This document shows, piece after piece, positions 19,892 to 29,823 of a stretch of 53,624 bases of DNA (its first letter is position 1; every line of letters begins with the position of its first letter). The notes below the pieces were generated by a model that saw only the letters and a list, made by a program, of their open reading frames with translations, searched no databases and had not been told where the DNA came from. Both the position numbers and the translations under genes were made by a program. The DNA is from an uncultured Candidatus Saccharibacteria bacterium (GTDB lineage: Bacteria; Patescibacteriota; Minisyncoccia; Phycocordibacterales; Phycocordibacteraceae), in the NCBI GenBank assembly GCA_964518755.1, contig CAZFHH010000002.1, positions 6,796-60,419 on the forward strand, given 5' to 3'.

Positions 19892-20698
19892 ATGGACTTT
19901 CAATATATTGACGCGCACAGTCATGTTCAAGGAAGTGAGTATGATATAGATAGGGAAGAGCTGATTGCGGAGCTTGAGAGCAAGCGCATCGGTACCATTG
20001 TCGTTGGTGTTGATTTGAAATCATCAAAAAGTGCCGTGGCGCTCGCACACAAATATAAAAATGTGTTTGCGGCGGTAGGACAACATCCTACAGACACGCG
20101 CGAGCAATTTGATTCAACCGCGTTTACGGAGCTTTCCGCTGATGTTCGTGTGCGTGCAATAGGGGAGTGTGGGTTGGATTATTTTCGTACTGAGGACGAC
20201 GACACCGCGCGGGCAACGCAGGTACCGTTGCTTGAATCACAGATTACACTTGCCACAGACATAAGGAAACCGCTTATGATTCATGCGCGCCCGACAAAAG
20301 GCACGATGGACGCTTATCGAGAAATCATAGGCATACTGGAAAGTGCAAAGCGAGAATATGGTGATGCTCTTACCGGCAACATTCATTTTTTTGTTGGTGG
20401 CATTGAAGAAGCGCGCGCATTTCTTGATATTGGGTTTACCATTTCTTATACGGCTGTCATTACTTTTGCGCACGATTATGACGAAGTGGTACGATATGTT
20501 CCGTTGCGTTCAATTCTCGCAGAAACGGATTCTCCTTATGTGGCGCCCGCGCCCAACCGTGGGAAAAGAAATTCTCCGTTTGCGGTTGTGGATGTCGTAA
20601 AAGCCATTGCGCGCATACGAAATGAAGATGAAGAAACAGTACGGCGTGCAATAGTGGAAAATACGAAACGAGTATTCGGCATAGCGCCAGGCATCTGA
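19892..20698 (+). CDS. tatD: TatD family DNase
   Basis: IDAHSH, GQHP, IGECGLDY, LAETDSPY. Confidence 0.96.
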   Translation: MDFQYIDAHSHVQGSEYDIDREELIAELESKRIGTIVVGVDLKSSKSAVALAHKYKNVFAAVGQHPTDTREQFDSTAFTELSADVRVRAIGECGLDYFRTEDDDTARATQVPLLESQITLATDIRKPLMIHARPTKGTMDAYREIIGILESAKREYGDALTGNIHFFVGGIEEARAFLDIGFTISYTAVITFAHDYDEVVRYVPLRSILAETDSPYVAPAPNRGKRNSPFAVVDVVKAIARIRNEDEETVRRAIVENTKRVFGIAPGI

Positions 20699-20850
20699 GG
20701 AAGCCGAGCTACTTGGGGGGGTCGGTCCCTACAAGTAAGTCCGATGTGGTATTTTGCCAAACAGAAATAAGTGTGTTACCTTAATTTCGGACACAGGAGC
20801 ACGCGCCTACGGCGCGCGCGGGTTGGTTTCGCGGAACAGGAGACGCGAAG

Positions 20851-21511
20851 ATGGAAATAAATTGGGCGCGGTTTATTGTAGTAATGGTTCTTGGAGAAGG
20901 TCTCATGTTTCTTCAAGCGTTCCTTTCATTTCAGGATGGATATTTTTCAGTGGCGCAGCGGGTGTGCTCTTCAGACGAGGGCTTGCCGGGGCGTCTCAGG
21001 CTCCTATCGAGCGGAACCATCTTTTTAATGCCCCCGCACACCCGGCAGGGGTACACATTCCTCCAGCATGGAGGGATGTGGTTTGATGTTTTCGCCATCA
21101 CACCGCTTGTGGCGTATTTGGTGGGGAAGTATCAGTTTGCGTATCTTTCTCCGCCGAGCATCGAGATTGCAGTCGTGGCGTTGGTGGTGTGGGTAGCTCT
21201 CGCTGTTTTTGTCTTCGCTCCGGCAGGGGAAATTATGCCGGGGGCACATACTCATGACGGGTATGTGACGGAGGCGGGGTGGTCCCTTGTGGTGTACGCC
21301 ACATTGGCATCATGGATAATCGCCATGGTGTACATCCCAAATTTGGTGGTACCGGCGGTGTCTAAAACAGACATCGCCATTGTATCGGGGTTGCTCGTTC
21401 CGTGGGCAATCACCAGCGTGATGAAGTTTACACCGAAAGGGAAGTATCGTTGTTCAGATCGTGACAATGATTGCTAGCGTTGCCATCTTGGCGTGGCGAC
21501 GCCTACAATAG
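20851..21511 (+). pseudogene. multi-pass membrane protein gene with a putative in-frame insertion and an apparent 3' frameshift
   Basis: ORF 20851-21477 ends in polar YRCSDRDNDC, while the +1 frame gives a TM helix SIVVQIVTMIASVAILAWRRLQ* to 21511. Confidence 0.5.
20959..21044. mobile_element. putative 86-bp MITE-like insertion
   Basis: 9-bp terminal inverted repeats CGGGTGTGC/GCACACCCG flanked by GCAG direct repeats. Confidence 0.4.
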
Positions 21512-21523
21512 GCACCATTGAAT

Positions 21524-21687
21524 GGTCGGACTTGCAGGATGCAGGTCCGACCTATTTGTTTATATGATGTCAATAAAGTCGGACATTGAATGTCTGACTT
21601 TATTGACGGTTTATTTTTGGGTGATGGTGTGTTGTTTAACAGCTCCGTCCATTGTTGCCTTCGGCAACAATGGACGGAGCTGTTAAA
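21524..21687. repeat. three consecutive palindromes (21524-21552, 21569-21607, 21635-21687)
   Basis: Arms of 13, 19 and 25 bp; loops GGA, G and TTC. Confidence 0.93.
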
Positions 21688-21746
21688 ACCAACGCCTTCG
21701 CATTGTATTGCACATGGTAATAAAGCGTGCTAAAATACGCAACATC

Positions 21747-22277
21747 ATGATACGAATAATAAAAGACGCCACAAAAGAAGTCTCTGGTGAGGAGAGTGAT
21801 GCGAATCACTCTGAATCACGAGTATATGAGCTTGGTTTTCATATTGATCCGGACTTGCCAAAACAGAAAGTAAAAGAGCTTTTCCAGGGCATCAAAAATA
21901 GCATAGCCGATGCGGGGACTGTTATTGCGATTGGTGAGCCACATAGATTGCAACTGGCTTATACCATTTCTCGTATGGAGCGCACGGGCAGGCATGATTT
22001 TTCATCCGCATTTTTTGGGTGGGTGGTCTACCAGTCCGATGGGGAAGCGCATACGCGTGTTATGGATATGATAAAAGAACACAACGATGTATTTAGATAT
22101 ATTGATGTACGCACCACCAAAGAAGCTGGTGAACATGCGGCGGTACAGCACGAAGAATGGCAACGTCGCTCGCAAAAGCAAGATGTGCAAGATGAGGGGA
22201 AAACAGAAGAAGTACAAGTCCGCACGCAAGAATCAAAAGAAAAGCTTGATACTGCTATTGAAAATGCAATAGCGTAA
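21747..22277 (+). CDS. rpsF: 30S ribosomal protein S6 with terminal extensions
   Basis: RVYELGFHI, LAYTI, VFRY; rpsF-ssb-rpsR order. Confidence 0.88.
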   Translation: MIRIIKDATKEVSGEESDANHSESRVYELGFHIDPDLPKQKVKELFQGIKNSIADAGTVIAIGEPHRLQLAYTISRMERTGRHDFSSAFFGWVVYQSDGEAHTRVMDMIKEHNDVFRYIDVRTTKEAGEHAAVQHEEWQRRSQKQDVQDEGKTEEVQVRTQESKEKLDTAIENAIA

Positions 22278-22291
22278 GATATAATAAAAAT

Positions 22292-22747
22292 ATGTATATC
22301 AATAAAGCAACCATTTATGGAAATCTTACTCGCGACCCGGAAATTCGCGCACTTCCCTCGGGACAGCAGGTGGTAACATTTAGTGTGGCCACAAACAGAA
22401 CATATCGCGACAAAGATAAAAACCGCCAAGAGTCAAGCGAGTTCCATAATGTTGTAGCGTTCGGCAGGTTGGCTGAGGTCATTGGGCAATATATGAAAAA
22501 AGGTCGTCCGATTTATATAGAAGGACGTTTGCAAACTCGCTCATGGGAAACAGATGGGCACAAAAATTATCGCACGGAGATTGTCGCAGACACTTTCCAA
22601 TTTGGGGCTGACGGTGGACGCTCGGGCGTGCCGGGGCAGGAAACATCATCCGCATCTGCCACGCAAGGCAGTTCAGTTGAGGGGCACTCTTCAGAAACGA
22701 TTGAATATCCCGATGAGGATATCAAGCCGGAAGACATTCCTTTTTAA
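22292..22747 (+). CDS. ssb: single-stranded DNA-binding protein
   Basis: GNLTRDPE, IEGRLQTRSW, C-terminal DIPF. Confidence 0.98.
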   Translation: MYINKATIYGNLTRDPEIRALPSGQQVVTFSVATNRTYRDKDKNRQESSEFHNVVAFGRLAEVIGQYMKKGRPIYIEGRLQTRSWETDGHKNYRTEIVADTFQFGADGGRSGVPGQETSSASATQGSSVEGHSSETIEYPDEDIKPEDIPF

Positions 22748-22765
22748 TTACATAAATATATACCT

Positions 22766-22972
22766 ATGGCACATCAAGCACAGCGAGAAGAAATAGAGCA
22801 CAAAAAATTTGTTGACTATAAAGACACGGCGTATTTGTCACAATTCACCGATCCGCACGCAAGAATATTGTCTCGTCGTCGCACCGGCATCGCGGCAACT
22901 CGCCAACGTGAAATTGCTCTTGCAATAAAGCGGTCAAGATACATGGCGCTGTTGCCATATATTGCCTCGTAA
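22766..22972 (+). CDS. rpsR: 30S ribosomal protein S18
   Basis: DYKD, ILSRRRTG, AIKRSRYMALLPY. Confidence 0.96.
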   Translation: MAHQAQREEIEHKKFVDYKDTAYLSQFTDPHARILSRRRTGIAATRQREIALAIKRSRYMALLPYIAS

Positions 22973-22994
22973 CCGGGAATTTTCCAGGTAAATA

Positions 22995-23061
22995 AAAAAG
23001 AATCCCAGCACAAACCTAATTGCTGGGATTAAAAATGGAGGTTGGGAAAGCCTCCGAAACC
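22995..23061 (-). ncRNA. candidate sRNA unit 1
   Basis: Minus-strand promoter TTGCAA-16-TATTAT (23068-23095) and terminator AATCCCAGCA/TGCTGGGATT plus T-tract. Confidence 0.4.
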
Positions 23062-23180
23062 TCTGTTATAATAGCAGAGTATTTATTTTTTGCAACCGAG
23101 AGCTATCGGGCGGGCGAGGAAGTGAAATTCCCCCGCCCGATAGCCAAAACAGCAAAGACTATTGCCCGGATTTCGAAAAT

Positions 23181-23266
23181 AAAAAAATCCCGCCGGCGCG
23201 GGATTAAAAGGGGTGTCAGGGAGAATCATTGTTCTTATGGGGAGGGGTGGTGGTACTACAGTGTCT
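23181..23266 (-). ncRNA. candidate sRNA unit 2
   Basis: Minus-strand promoter TTGTAA-16-TACCAT (23273-23300) and terminator AATCCCGC/GCGGGATT plus T-tract. Confidence 0.4.
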
Positions 23267-23330
23267 GTTTCAATGGTAGCAGACAGGTTAATTTTTACAA
23301 CCGCCTATTTGTTTACCATGTGCAAAACCA

Positions 23331-23459
23331 CAGCCCGGGAAATTTTGGACATCCTCCAATGTCCAAAATTTCCCGGGCTGCTATGCTTAAGCCTTTTGTA
23401 GAATATAAAATAACCCCGGCAAAGTCAGACATTCAATGTCTGACTTTGCCGGGGTTATT
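23331..23459. repeat. two perfect palindromes (23331-23380, 22-bp arms; 23409-23459, 25-bp arms)
   Basis: Both have GACAT/ATGTC at the stem tip. Confidence 0.95.
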
Positions 23460-23469
23460 CACTGTATAG

Positions 23470-23562
23470 AAATAAGAAAGACCCCGCAATGAGGGTCTCA
23501 ATAAGGGGACTCCTCAAAGGCGGAGGTATGCACTTCTCACTCCTCCGCCCAGGGTCCCATCC
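23470..23562 (-). ncRNA. candidate sRNA unit 3
   Basis: TGTTATACT extended -10 just after the efp stop, a GGCGGAGG/CCTCCGCC stem, then an AGACCC/GGGTCT terminator plus T-tract. Confidence 0.35.
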
Positions 23563-23584
23563 ATATATAAGTATAACAGGAGGT

Positions 23585-24160
23585 CTATTTTTTCGCAATG
23601 CGCTCTACATATTCGCCGGTGTCTGTATTGACACGAACAATATCTCCTTCATTTACAAAAAGTGGCACATTTATATTTGTGCCGGAAGCTAGGGTTATTT
23701 GTTTTGTGCCTCCCGTGGCTGTATTCCCCTTGATGGCGGGAGGGGCGTCGGTCACGGTAATCTCAACCTTTGCCGGCAGATTAATGGAAATCGGTTTCTC
23801 ATCATAAAACAAAACGGTGACAGGTGCATTTTGTTCAAGCCACTGTACACTGTCGTGCACAAGGTCTTTCGGAAAAGAGAAGCGGTTTTTCTTATTGATG
23901 CTTTCTGTAAACCATGATTCTCCGCGATTTGTGTAAAGATATATAGCATCCTTTTGTTCGATATCCGCTTCTGACGCGGTTTCGTTTTGGTGAAATGAAT
24001 TTTCAATTACCCTGCCTGATACCAAATGTCGTAACTTTGTTTGATTAACCGGCTTCCTCATTTGCATACGGAAAACCCTTGAGGAAAGGACTTTATAGGG
24101 CTCACCATTGAAGACAATAATCTTTTTTTGCGTTATTTCATTATAGGAAAGAATTGCCAT
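23585..24160 (-). CDS. efp: elongation factor P
   Basis: FNGEPYKV, PPAIKGNTATGGTK, VPLFVNEGD..VNTDTGEYVER. Confidence 0.96.
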   Translation of the reverse strand: MAILSYNEITQKKIIVFNGEPYKVLSSRVFRMQMRKPVNQTKLRHLVSGRVIENSFHQNETASEADIEQKDAIYLYTNRGESWFTESINKKNRFSFPKDLVHDSVQWLEQNAPVTVLFYDEKPISINLPAKVEITVTDAPPAIKGNTATGGTKQITLASGTNINVPLFVNEGDIVRVNTDTGEYVERIAKK

Positions 24161-24194
24161 AGTAACTTTTTTTAGGTATGTGCAGTTATAAAGG

Positions 24195-24803
24195 GTGCCG
24201 GATACGGCTTACTATGGCATTATGATAACACAAAGAATGAGTATTTCAAATTCACAACGGTATGTGGTGCCTATCTCTGATGAAGAGGTGTTACGGATTT
24301 CTGCGCAACATCCGGACATGTTTGCCATACTGGTTGAGCGATATGAAAAACCGTTTTATCGTAAGGCGCGCGCGGTTGTAAAAGTGCACGAAGATGCGCA
24401 AGAGGTTGTACAAGATACTTTTACGCGAATATATCTTTTCGCTAACAAATATAAACAACAAAATGGTGCGCGTTTTTCATCGTGGGCATACGCCATTCTC
24501 AACAGAGTTGCGTTTACGCGGTATCAAAAACTCAAGCGCACCAACAGTGCAACTGCCCCGCTTATGGTTGAGCAGTACGAAGCGCTTCCGGATGGCGACG
24601 ACATGCTTGCAACACTAACCGTTCGTGATGAAGTGCTTCGTGCACTTGCGCAACTTCCTGAAACCGCCGCAAGAGCGTTGCGCCTTCAGTTTTTAGAAGG
24701 GTATACACAAAAAGAAATGGCGCGCAGAGAGGGGGTAACCGTCTCGGCAATTAAGACGCGAGTACATCGTGCGAAGAAAATGTTTACGAAAACTTTTAAA
24801 TAA
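24195..24803 (+). CDS. ECF-type RNA polymerase sigma factor
   Basis: DAQEVVQDTF, FSSWAYAI (region 2); EGYTQKEMA..AIKTRVHRAKK (region 4); start may be 24222 or 24237. Confidence 0.93.
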   Translation: MPDTAYYGIMITQRMSISNSQRYVVPISDEEVLRISAQHPDMFAILVERYEKPFYRKARAVVKVHEDAQEVVQDTFTRIYLFANKYKQQNGARFSSWAYAILNRVAFTRYQKLKRTNSATAPLMVEQYEALPDGDDMLATLTVRDEVLRALAQLPETAARALRLQFLEGYTQKEMARREGVTVSAIKTRVHRAKKMFTKTFK

Positions 24804-24813
24804 TATATTTATT

Positions 24814-25140
24814 ATGCCTTCACCAATCCATAAAATTGTTATGCGTCGCGTGCAAATCATCTATGTTCTGGGTCTGATTTTCAATACAACCGCACTTTCG
24901 ATACTTGTCGCGGTGGTTGCACTTGGTGCCGTAACGCACGTAGTGCATGTGGGAGACGTATGGTCAAATATGCCACGCTTCACCAACGGAATTGCTCCGG
25001 AGCAATTCCTGGTTTCCGCGTTTGAACACACAAAGTTTATTACGCAGGCATCAGTTGTCGCACTGCTTGGCGCTGCCGGCTATTTTATGTACACCGCCAC
25101 ATCCGTCTTCCACGAGCGACGTTTTACAAGTGCCGTGTAG
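24814..25140 (+). CDS. two-TM membrane protein, possible anti-sigma factor
   Basis: Directly follows the ECF sigma gene; two hydrophobic segments. Confidence 0.65.
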   Translation: MPSPIHKIVMRRVQIIYVLGLIFNTTALSILVAVVALGAVTHVVHVGDVWSNMPRFTNGIAPEQFLVSAFEHTKFITQASVVALLGAAGYFMYTATSVFHERRFTSAV

Positions 25141-25141
25141 T

Positions 25142-26188
25142 TTATACCGTATCAAGTTTCGCACGGATTTGCTTGAGCAAATCCGTGGCCACTTTCGGAT
25201 TGTCGCGCAAGAACGTTCGTGAAGCATCGTAACCGCGCCCAAGAGGGATCTCACCAAAGCGGTAGCTTGCTCCGGACTTGCTTACGATGTCGTACTTTTC
25301 TCCAAGTGCCAAGAGCTCTCCCTCGCGACTGATGCCCTCATTATAAAGCAAGTCGAACTCGGTGGTCTTAAATGGCGCTGCCACTTTATTTTTCACCACT
25401 TTCACTCTTACGCGCCCACCAACCACCTCATCGCCCTTTTTGATTTGTGCGATACGGCGAATATCAAGACGTACGCTTGTGTAAAACTTTAATGCTTTCC
25501 CGCCGGGAGTGGTTTCCGGATTGCCAAACATCACTCCTATCTGCATACGTATTTGATTTATAAAAATGACGATCGTTTTACTTTTTGCCGTAATGGCGGT
25601 GAGCTTGCGCAACGCTTGGCTCATGAGGCGTGCTTGCTTGCCAACATGAGTTGCTCCCATATCGCCCTCTATTTCATCTCGCGGAGTAAGCGCCGCAACG
25701 GAGTCAATCACAATGGTGTCTACATTCCCACTTCGCACCAATGATTCTACAATCTCAAGCGCTTGTTCGCCCGTGTCCGGCTGTGATATAAGAAGCTCCG
25801 AAAGTTTTACACCGATGCGTCGCGCATACTCCGGGTCAAGTGCGTGTTCAGCATCAACAAAAGCACAAATGCCACCTTTCTTTTGCGCCTCGGCAAGAGA
25901 GTGAAGCGCAAGCGTTGTTTTCCCGGAAGATTCCGGTCCGAATATCTCAATAATTCTTCCGCGCGGGAGTCCGCCAACTCCAAGCGCGTTATCAAGCCCT
26001 ATGGAGCCGGTTGGGACAAATGGTATTGCAGACGGTTTTCTGGAGCCATAGGTCATAATCGCTTCATCACCGAATTTCATACGGATTTCTTTGAGCGCCA
26101 ATTCTATGGCGCTGTTTTTTTCTTCCGCACTTTGCCCCGGCGGGGCGGTGTTTTTAAGAACCTTTGGTTTTGATTTTTTAAATGGCAT
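25142..26188 (-). CDS. recA: recombinase RecA
   Basis: [34 protein letters not shown]. Confidence 0.99.
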   Translation of the reverse strand: MPFKKSKPKVLKNTAPPGQSAEEKNSAIELALKEIRMKFGDEAIMTYGSRKPSAIPFVPTGSIGLDNALGVGGLPRGRIIEIFGPESSGKTTLALHSLAEAQKKGGICAFVDAEHALDPEYARRIGVKLSELLISQPDTGEQALEIVESLVRSGNVDTIVIDSVAALTPRDEIEGDMGATHVGKQARLMSQALRKLTAITAKSKTIVIFINQIRMQIGVMFGNPETTPGGKALKFYTSVRLDIRRIAQIKKGDEVVGGRVRVKVVKNKVAAPFKTTEFDLLYNEGISREGELLALGEKYDIVSKSGASYRFGEIPLGRGYDASRTFLRDNPKVATDLLKQIRAKLDTV

Positions 26189-26216
26189 AAATTATATACA
26201 GGCGAGCTGTTTGTTA

Positions 26217-26552
26217 TTATTTTGAAATAATATCCCGTGTCTTTGTAACGGAGCGCCCAAAGCGGTCGGTAACCGTTACTTGCAGTATATCCTCCCCCCG
26301 CGCAAATACGAAGGTTCTTTTGAAGGAGCCATCTTCATTGGGGAGCACTGCAAGCCCATTTATGGCAAGTGCGTTCACGCGTGCCACCTTACCGGAAACG
26401 GTTACAAAACCGTTTCCGGTAACCGCACCTTGCACAGGCGAAATCAAAGAAAGCCCGGGGCCTTCAATAAGCGCGTGTCCCTCCCAAAAACCATATACAA
26501 TTGCGGAAACCACCACCACAAGAAAAAATGTTCTAAACAGTGAGAACGTCAT
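26217..26552 (-). CDS. small membrane-anchored Ig-like protein
   Basis: N-terminal TM helix and beta-rich domain; overlaps the ftsK stop. Confidence 0.75.
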   Translation of the reverse strand: MTFSLFRTFFLVVVVSAIVYGFWEGHALIEGPGLSLISPVQGAVTGNGFVTVSGKVARVNALAINGLAVLPNEDGSFKRTFVFARGEDILQVTVTDRFGRSVTKTRDIISK

Positions 26553-28840
26553 ATCTCATCTTTTTCCTCATCGTCATCGGAGAGGGTATTGTCAGCATCG
26601 GCACTTGCACTGTTCTCGGTTTGTGACAATATCTGTCGCGGGCGTGAGCCGTCTGCCTCGCCGATGATGCCTTTCTCTTCAAGTATGTCCATGAGTCGCG
26701 CCGCACGCGAATAACCGATACGTAGCTTACGTTGCAAATATGAAGTGGACGCTCTCCCGGCCTCTTCAATCGCAGTTCTTGCTTCGCCGTAGAGATCATC
26801 TTCCACATCATCCTCCTCATTGGCAAGAAGTATTGCATCATTCGGTTCGGTACTGCTTTTCCCATTTTCAGACAGCTCCAGAGAAACCAAATCGCCGGAG
26901 TTATGCTTTTTAATATACTGCACGGTCTTTTTTACTTCTGTTTCGCTTATAAATGCCATTTGAATACGTACCGGTTTTTGCATGTCTGCTGAAAGATAGA
27001 GCATGTCGCCTGAGCCAAGCAACATCTCTGCCCCCGCACTGTCAAGAATAGTGCGCGAATCAATTTGCGAGGCAACTTGAAGTGCCATGCGCGTCGGCAC
27101 GTTTGCTTTGATGAGTCCGGTAATAACGTTCACCGACGGTCGCTGTGTGGAAAGAATCAAATGTATACCAACGGCACGGCTCATTTGCGCCAAGCGCACA
27201 ACTGATGCCTCAAGTTCGCGCGGATAGCTTTGCATAATGTCTGCGAGCTCATCAATGACAATTACAATGTAGGGCATCGCCTCTGGTATGTTCGTGCGAT
27301 TGTCTTCCGGCACACCTTTTTGTTTTTCCTCCTCATTTCGTTTGCGCGCAGGCTCCAAAATTGTTTGATGGTATGATTCCACGTCGCGCACATGTTCGGA
27401 TTCCAGTATATTGTAACGGCGCTCCATTTCTTTCCCCGCCCACTTCAATGCAACGATTGTTTTCTTTGCATCGGTAATGACGGGCGTAAGCAGGTGGGGG
27501 ATACCGTTATATAGTGTGAGCTCCACGCGCTTCGGGTCAACCATAATGAAGCGCAATTGGTTTGGCCCGTTTCTGTATAGCAGGGAAGTGACAATTGCAT
27601 GGATTGCTACTGACTTTCCCGAGCCCGTGGCCCCGGCAACAAGTACGTGAGGAGCCTTGGCGAGATTTATATAATGTGGGGCGCCGGCAATGTCGCGTCC
27701 AAGTGCCACCAAAAGCGGTTTGTTACTTTCTTGCCATTTTGAAGCGGTAAGCAGACCGCAAAGCCCGACGGTTGCCTTGAGTGTATTTGGTACCTCAATA
27801 CCAACAAGTGATTTCCCGGGAATTGGGGCTTCAATGCGAACCGGATGTGCTGCAAGCGCAAGTTCCAAATTGTTTTGCAACGAGATAATTTTTGAAAGGC
27901 GCACCCCTTCCGCCGGTTTAAATGCGTAACGCGTTACGGTCGGACCAACCGACACCTCATCCATTTCAACCGAGATGCCAAAATTTTGGAATGTGCGTTT
28001 TATTATATTCGCATTTGCCTTGATATCCCCGACGCCTGGCTTTCCTTTGTCGTTTTCAAGTATGTGTATGTCCGGCGGGTTGTATGTCGCATCAAAATTA
28101 ACAATCGCATTTGTAGAGCTTCCGTCTGCGCGAATAAGTGAGTTTTGGTCAAACCTGTTTATGGTAGGCTCACGTTCCGTGTTGATTTTTTTTGTATCCT
28201 CTTCGTCTGCGCCCTCTTCCTCATCGGTGTCTTCATTTTCGTAGTCCGCCTCCTCATCTTCTTCGCGCTTGTCATCTTCCACGTCATCCTCCTCGTTGCC
28301 ATATTCTCTTCCTTCGTGAGGGTATTTTATTTTCGCACGCACGGTCCTATATATATATGAGAAGAGAGTCAGCGTGCTTGCAAACAACATCTCCACATCA
28401 ATGACAGCGGCAAGTGCGATAAGTACCAGCGCAAGCAGGAGAATAAGTGCTCCCCAAAAACCAAAAAATGTTTCAAGCGAACCTCCTATAAGCGTGCCAA
28501 ATTGTCCGCCGAGCGCTGATGAAGAAAAAAGTCCGGCAAACGAAAGTACCGAAGCGAGAAGTAGGGTTGACCCGCCTGCGACCATCGGAGTGATAACCGG
28601 TTTTTTGAAACCGGCGTATATGCCGAGCATGATAATGGCAAATGGCAATATAAATGCACCAAGCCCAATTGCTCCGTAAGAAGCAATAAATGCCGCTGAA
28701 CCGATTGGTCCGGATGCTCCAACCGCCCCAAGAAAAAGCACCACTCCAATGGCGATAAGCACAACCGCAGACACCCAATTGATAGCATCTTCGTAATCGC
28801 TTATTGAGCGAGCTCGCTTACTCTTTTTCTTACGCGCCAT
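26549..28840 (-). CDS. ftsK: DNA translocase FtsK
   Basis: N-terminal TMs, AGATGSGKS, DPKRVEL, IDELADIM, gamma domain LQRKLRIGYSRAAR. Confidence 0.98.
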   Translation of the reverse strand: MARKKKSKRARSISDYEDAINWVSAVVLIAIGVVLFLGAVGASGPIGSAAFIASYGAIGLGAFILPFAIIMLGIYAGFKKPVITPMVAGGSTLLLASVLSFAGLFSSSALGGQFGTLIGGSLETFFGFWGALILLLALVLIALAAVIDVEMLFASTLTLFSYIYRTVRAKIKYPHEGREYGNEEDDVEDDKREEDEEADYENEDTDEEEGADEEDTKKINTEREPTINRFDQNSLIRADGSSTNAIVNFDATYNPPDIHILENDKGKPGVGDIKANANIIKRTFQNFGISVEMDEVSVGPTVTRYAFKPAEGVRLSKIISLQNNLELALAAHPVRIEAPIPGKSLVGIEVPNTLKATVGLCGLLTASKWQESNKPLLVALGRDIAGAPHYINLAKAPHVLVAGATGSGKSVAIHAIVTSLLYRNGPNQLRFIMVDPKRVELTLYNGIPHLLTPVITDAKKTIVALKWAGKEMERRYNILESEHVRDVESYHQTILEPARKRNEEEKQKGVPEDNRTNIPEAMPYIVIVIDELADIMQSYPRELEASVVRLAQMSRAVGIHLILSTQRPSVNVITGLIKANVPTRMALQVASQIDSRTILDSAGAEMLLGSGDMLYLSADMQKPVRIQMAFISETEVKKTVQYIKKHNSGDLVSLELSENGKSSTEPNDAILLANEEDDVEDDLYGEARTAIEEAGRASTSYLQRKLRIGYSRAARLMDILEEKGIIGEADGSRPRQILSQTENSASADADNTLSDDDEEKDEI

Positions 28841-28904
28841 AATATATCATTTTCTCTATTTTAACACCGTTATACCCGTTAGCGCCACTTTTTTGGTTGG
28901 CAAG

Positions 28905-28943
28905 TATCACCTGTGCGCAGGCAACGCCTGCACACAGGTGATA
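28905..28943. repeat. palindrome, 18-bp arms
   Basis: TATCACCTGTGCGCAGGC-AAC-GCCTGCACACAGGTGATA, one mismatch. Confidence 0.9.
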
Positions 28944-28947
28944 TACC

Positions 28948-28976
28948 TTGCATTCTTCGTCTTAAGGACATACAAT
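28948..28976 (+). promoter_or_regulatory. promoter TTGCAT-17-TACAAT with an AAGGACA box in the spacer
   Basis: Consensus spacing upstream of ORF 29005. Confidence 0.65.
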
Positions 28977-29004
28977 AATGGACACGTACGCATGAAATAT
29001 CTTT

Positions 29005-29769
29005 ATGAACTATAAAAGACAGTATAAAGGACAACAAGACAACACCCTCTCCACGCGTTCAGAGTTTAATGATTTTGTTCTAAAGAAAGATATATTTTCA
29101 GGCATATTTGATAAGGACATACGGCGGGTATTTATTTACAAAAAAGCGGAGCGTCTTGCCAAAGCAATCCATCTCATCACCCCGGCATTTCAAAGTGCCC
29201 CCGCCCTGCGCGACCGTGCCGACACAATCGCCATTGGCATGATTGATACGGCAATACTTTTTTCCGCTTCTTCCAAGGATGCGTTAGCTCGCGAACTTTT
29301 GGCGCTTTCAAGTGTGTTGTCAATCGCTCGCACAAGCGGAATGCTTTCGGTAATGAATGCGGAACTAATAGAGCGCGAGGCGCAAATGCTTTTGCAGGAA
29401 GTCGCCACATATGAAGAGCCGAATATCTCTCTGGAAGAGGAGCAGTCTTTCGCGCAGTTGCTGAAAAAATCATCTTCCTCTGCCTTGGCACGCTCCGGCG
29501 CTGAGCGTGTTACCTCACACGCGCCTTCGCGCGTACGCACGAGCACGAAAAGTATTCCAAAAGGACAGGGTAATATAAAGGACAGCCGAAAAGAGGCAAT
29601 ACTTTCAATAATACGTGCTAAAGGACATGTTTACATAAAGGACATATCAATCGCCATTCGTGACGTAAGCGAGAAAACAATTCAGCGCGAGCTTGCCAAT
29701 TTTGTTTCAAAGGGGATTTTGATTCGTACCGGCAATCGCAGATGGACATCATACGCTTTGGCACAATAG
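29005..29769 (+). CDS. protein with helical-bundle N-domain and C-terminal DeoR-like winged HTH
   Basis: RKEAILSII..IKDIS..VSEKTIQREL..GILIRTGNRRWTSY. Confidence 0.85.
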   Translation: MNYKRQYKGQQDNTLSTRSEFNDFVLKKDIFSGIFDKDIRRVFIYKKAERLAKAIHLITPAFQSAPALRDRADTIAIGMIDTAILFSASSKDALARELLALSSVLSIARTSGMLSVMNAELIEREAQMLLQEVATYEEPNISLEEEQSFAQLLKKSSSSALARSGAERVTSHAPSRVRTSTKSIPKGQGNIKDSRKEAILSIIRAKGHVYIKDISIAIRDVSEKTIQRELANFVSKGILIRTGNRRWTSYALAQ

Positions 29770-29785
29770 GGAATTGATTAAACCA

Positions 29786-29823
29786 AAACACGCTCCGCGC
29801 CGGTAACGGCGCGGAGCGTGTTT
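29786..29823. repeat. perfect palindrome, 17-bp arms, possible terminator
   Basis: AAACACGCTCCGCGCCG-GTAA-CGGCGCGGAGCGTGTTT. Confidence 0.92.

Noticed and set aside
20710-20737. GTAG-type REP remnant (minus strand GTAGGGACCGACC)
   Set aside because: Single degenerate copy; too weak to call.
20930-21044. Hammerhead ribozyme on the minus strand (CTGAAGA...GAAA)
   Set aside because: No stem II can form between the two core motifs.
21634-21688. Integron attC site (GTTTAAC...GTTAAAA)
   Set aside because: Perfect stem without extrahelical bases, imperfect GTTRRRY end, no integrase, and other palindromes lack these ends.
23020-23469. 149-aa ORF from the track
   Set aside because: TTG start inside a hairpin, runs through several palindromes, no protein-like motifs.
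22995-23580. CRISPR array
   Set aside because: No identical repeats with regular spacers, and no cas genes.
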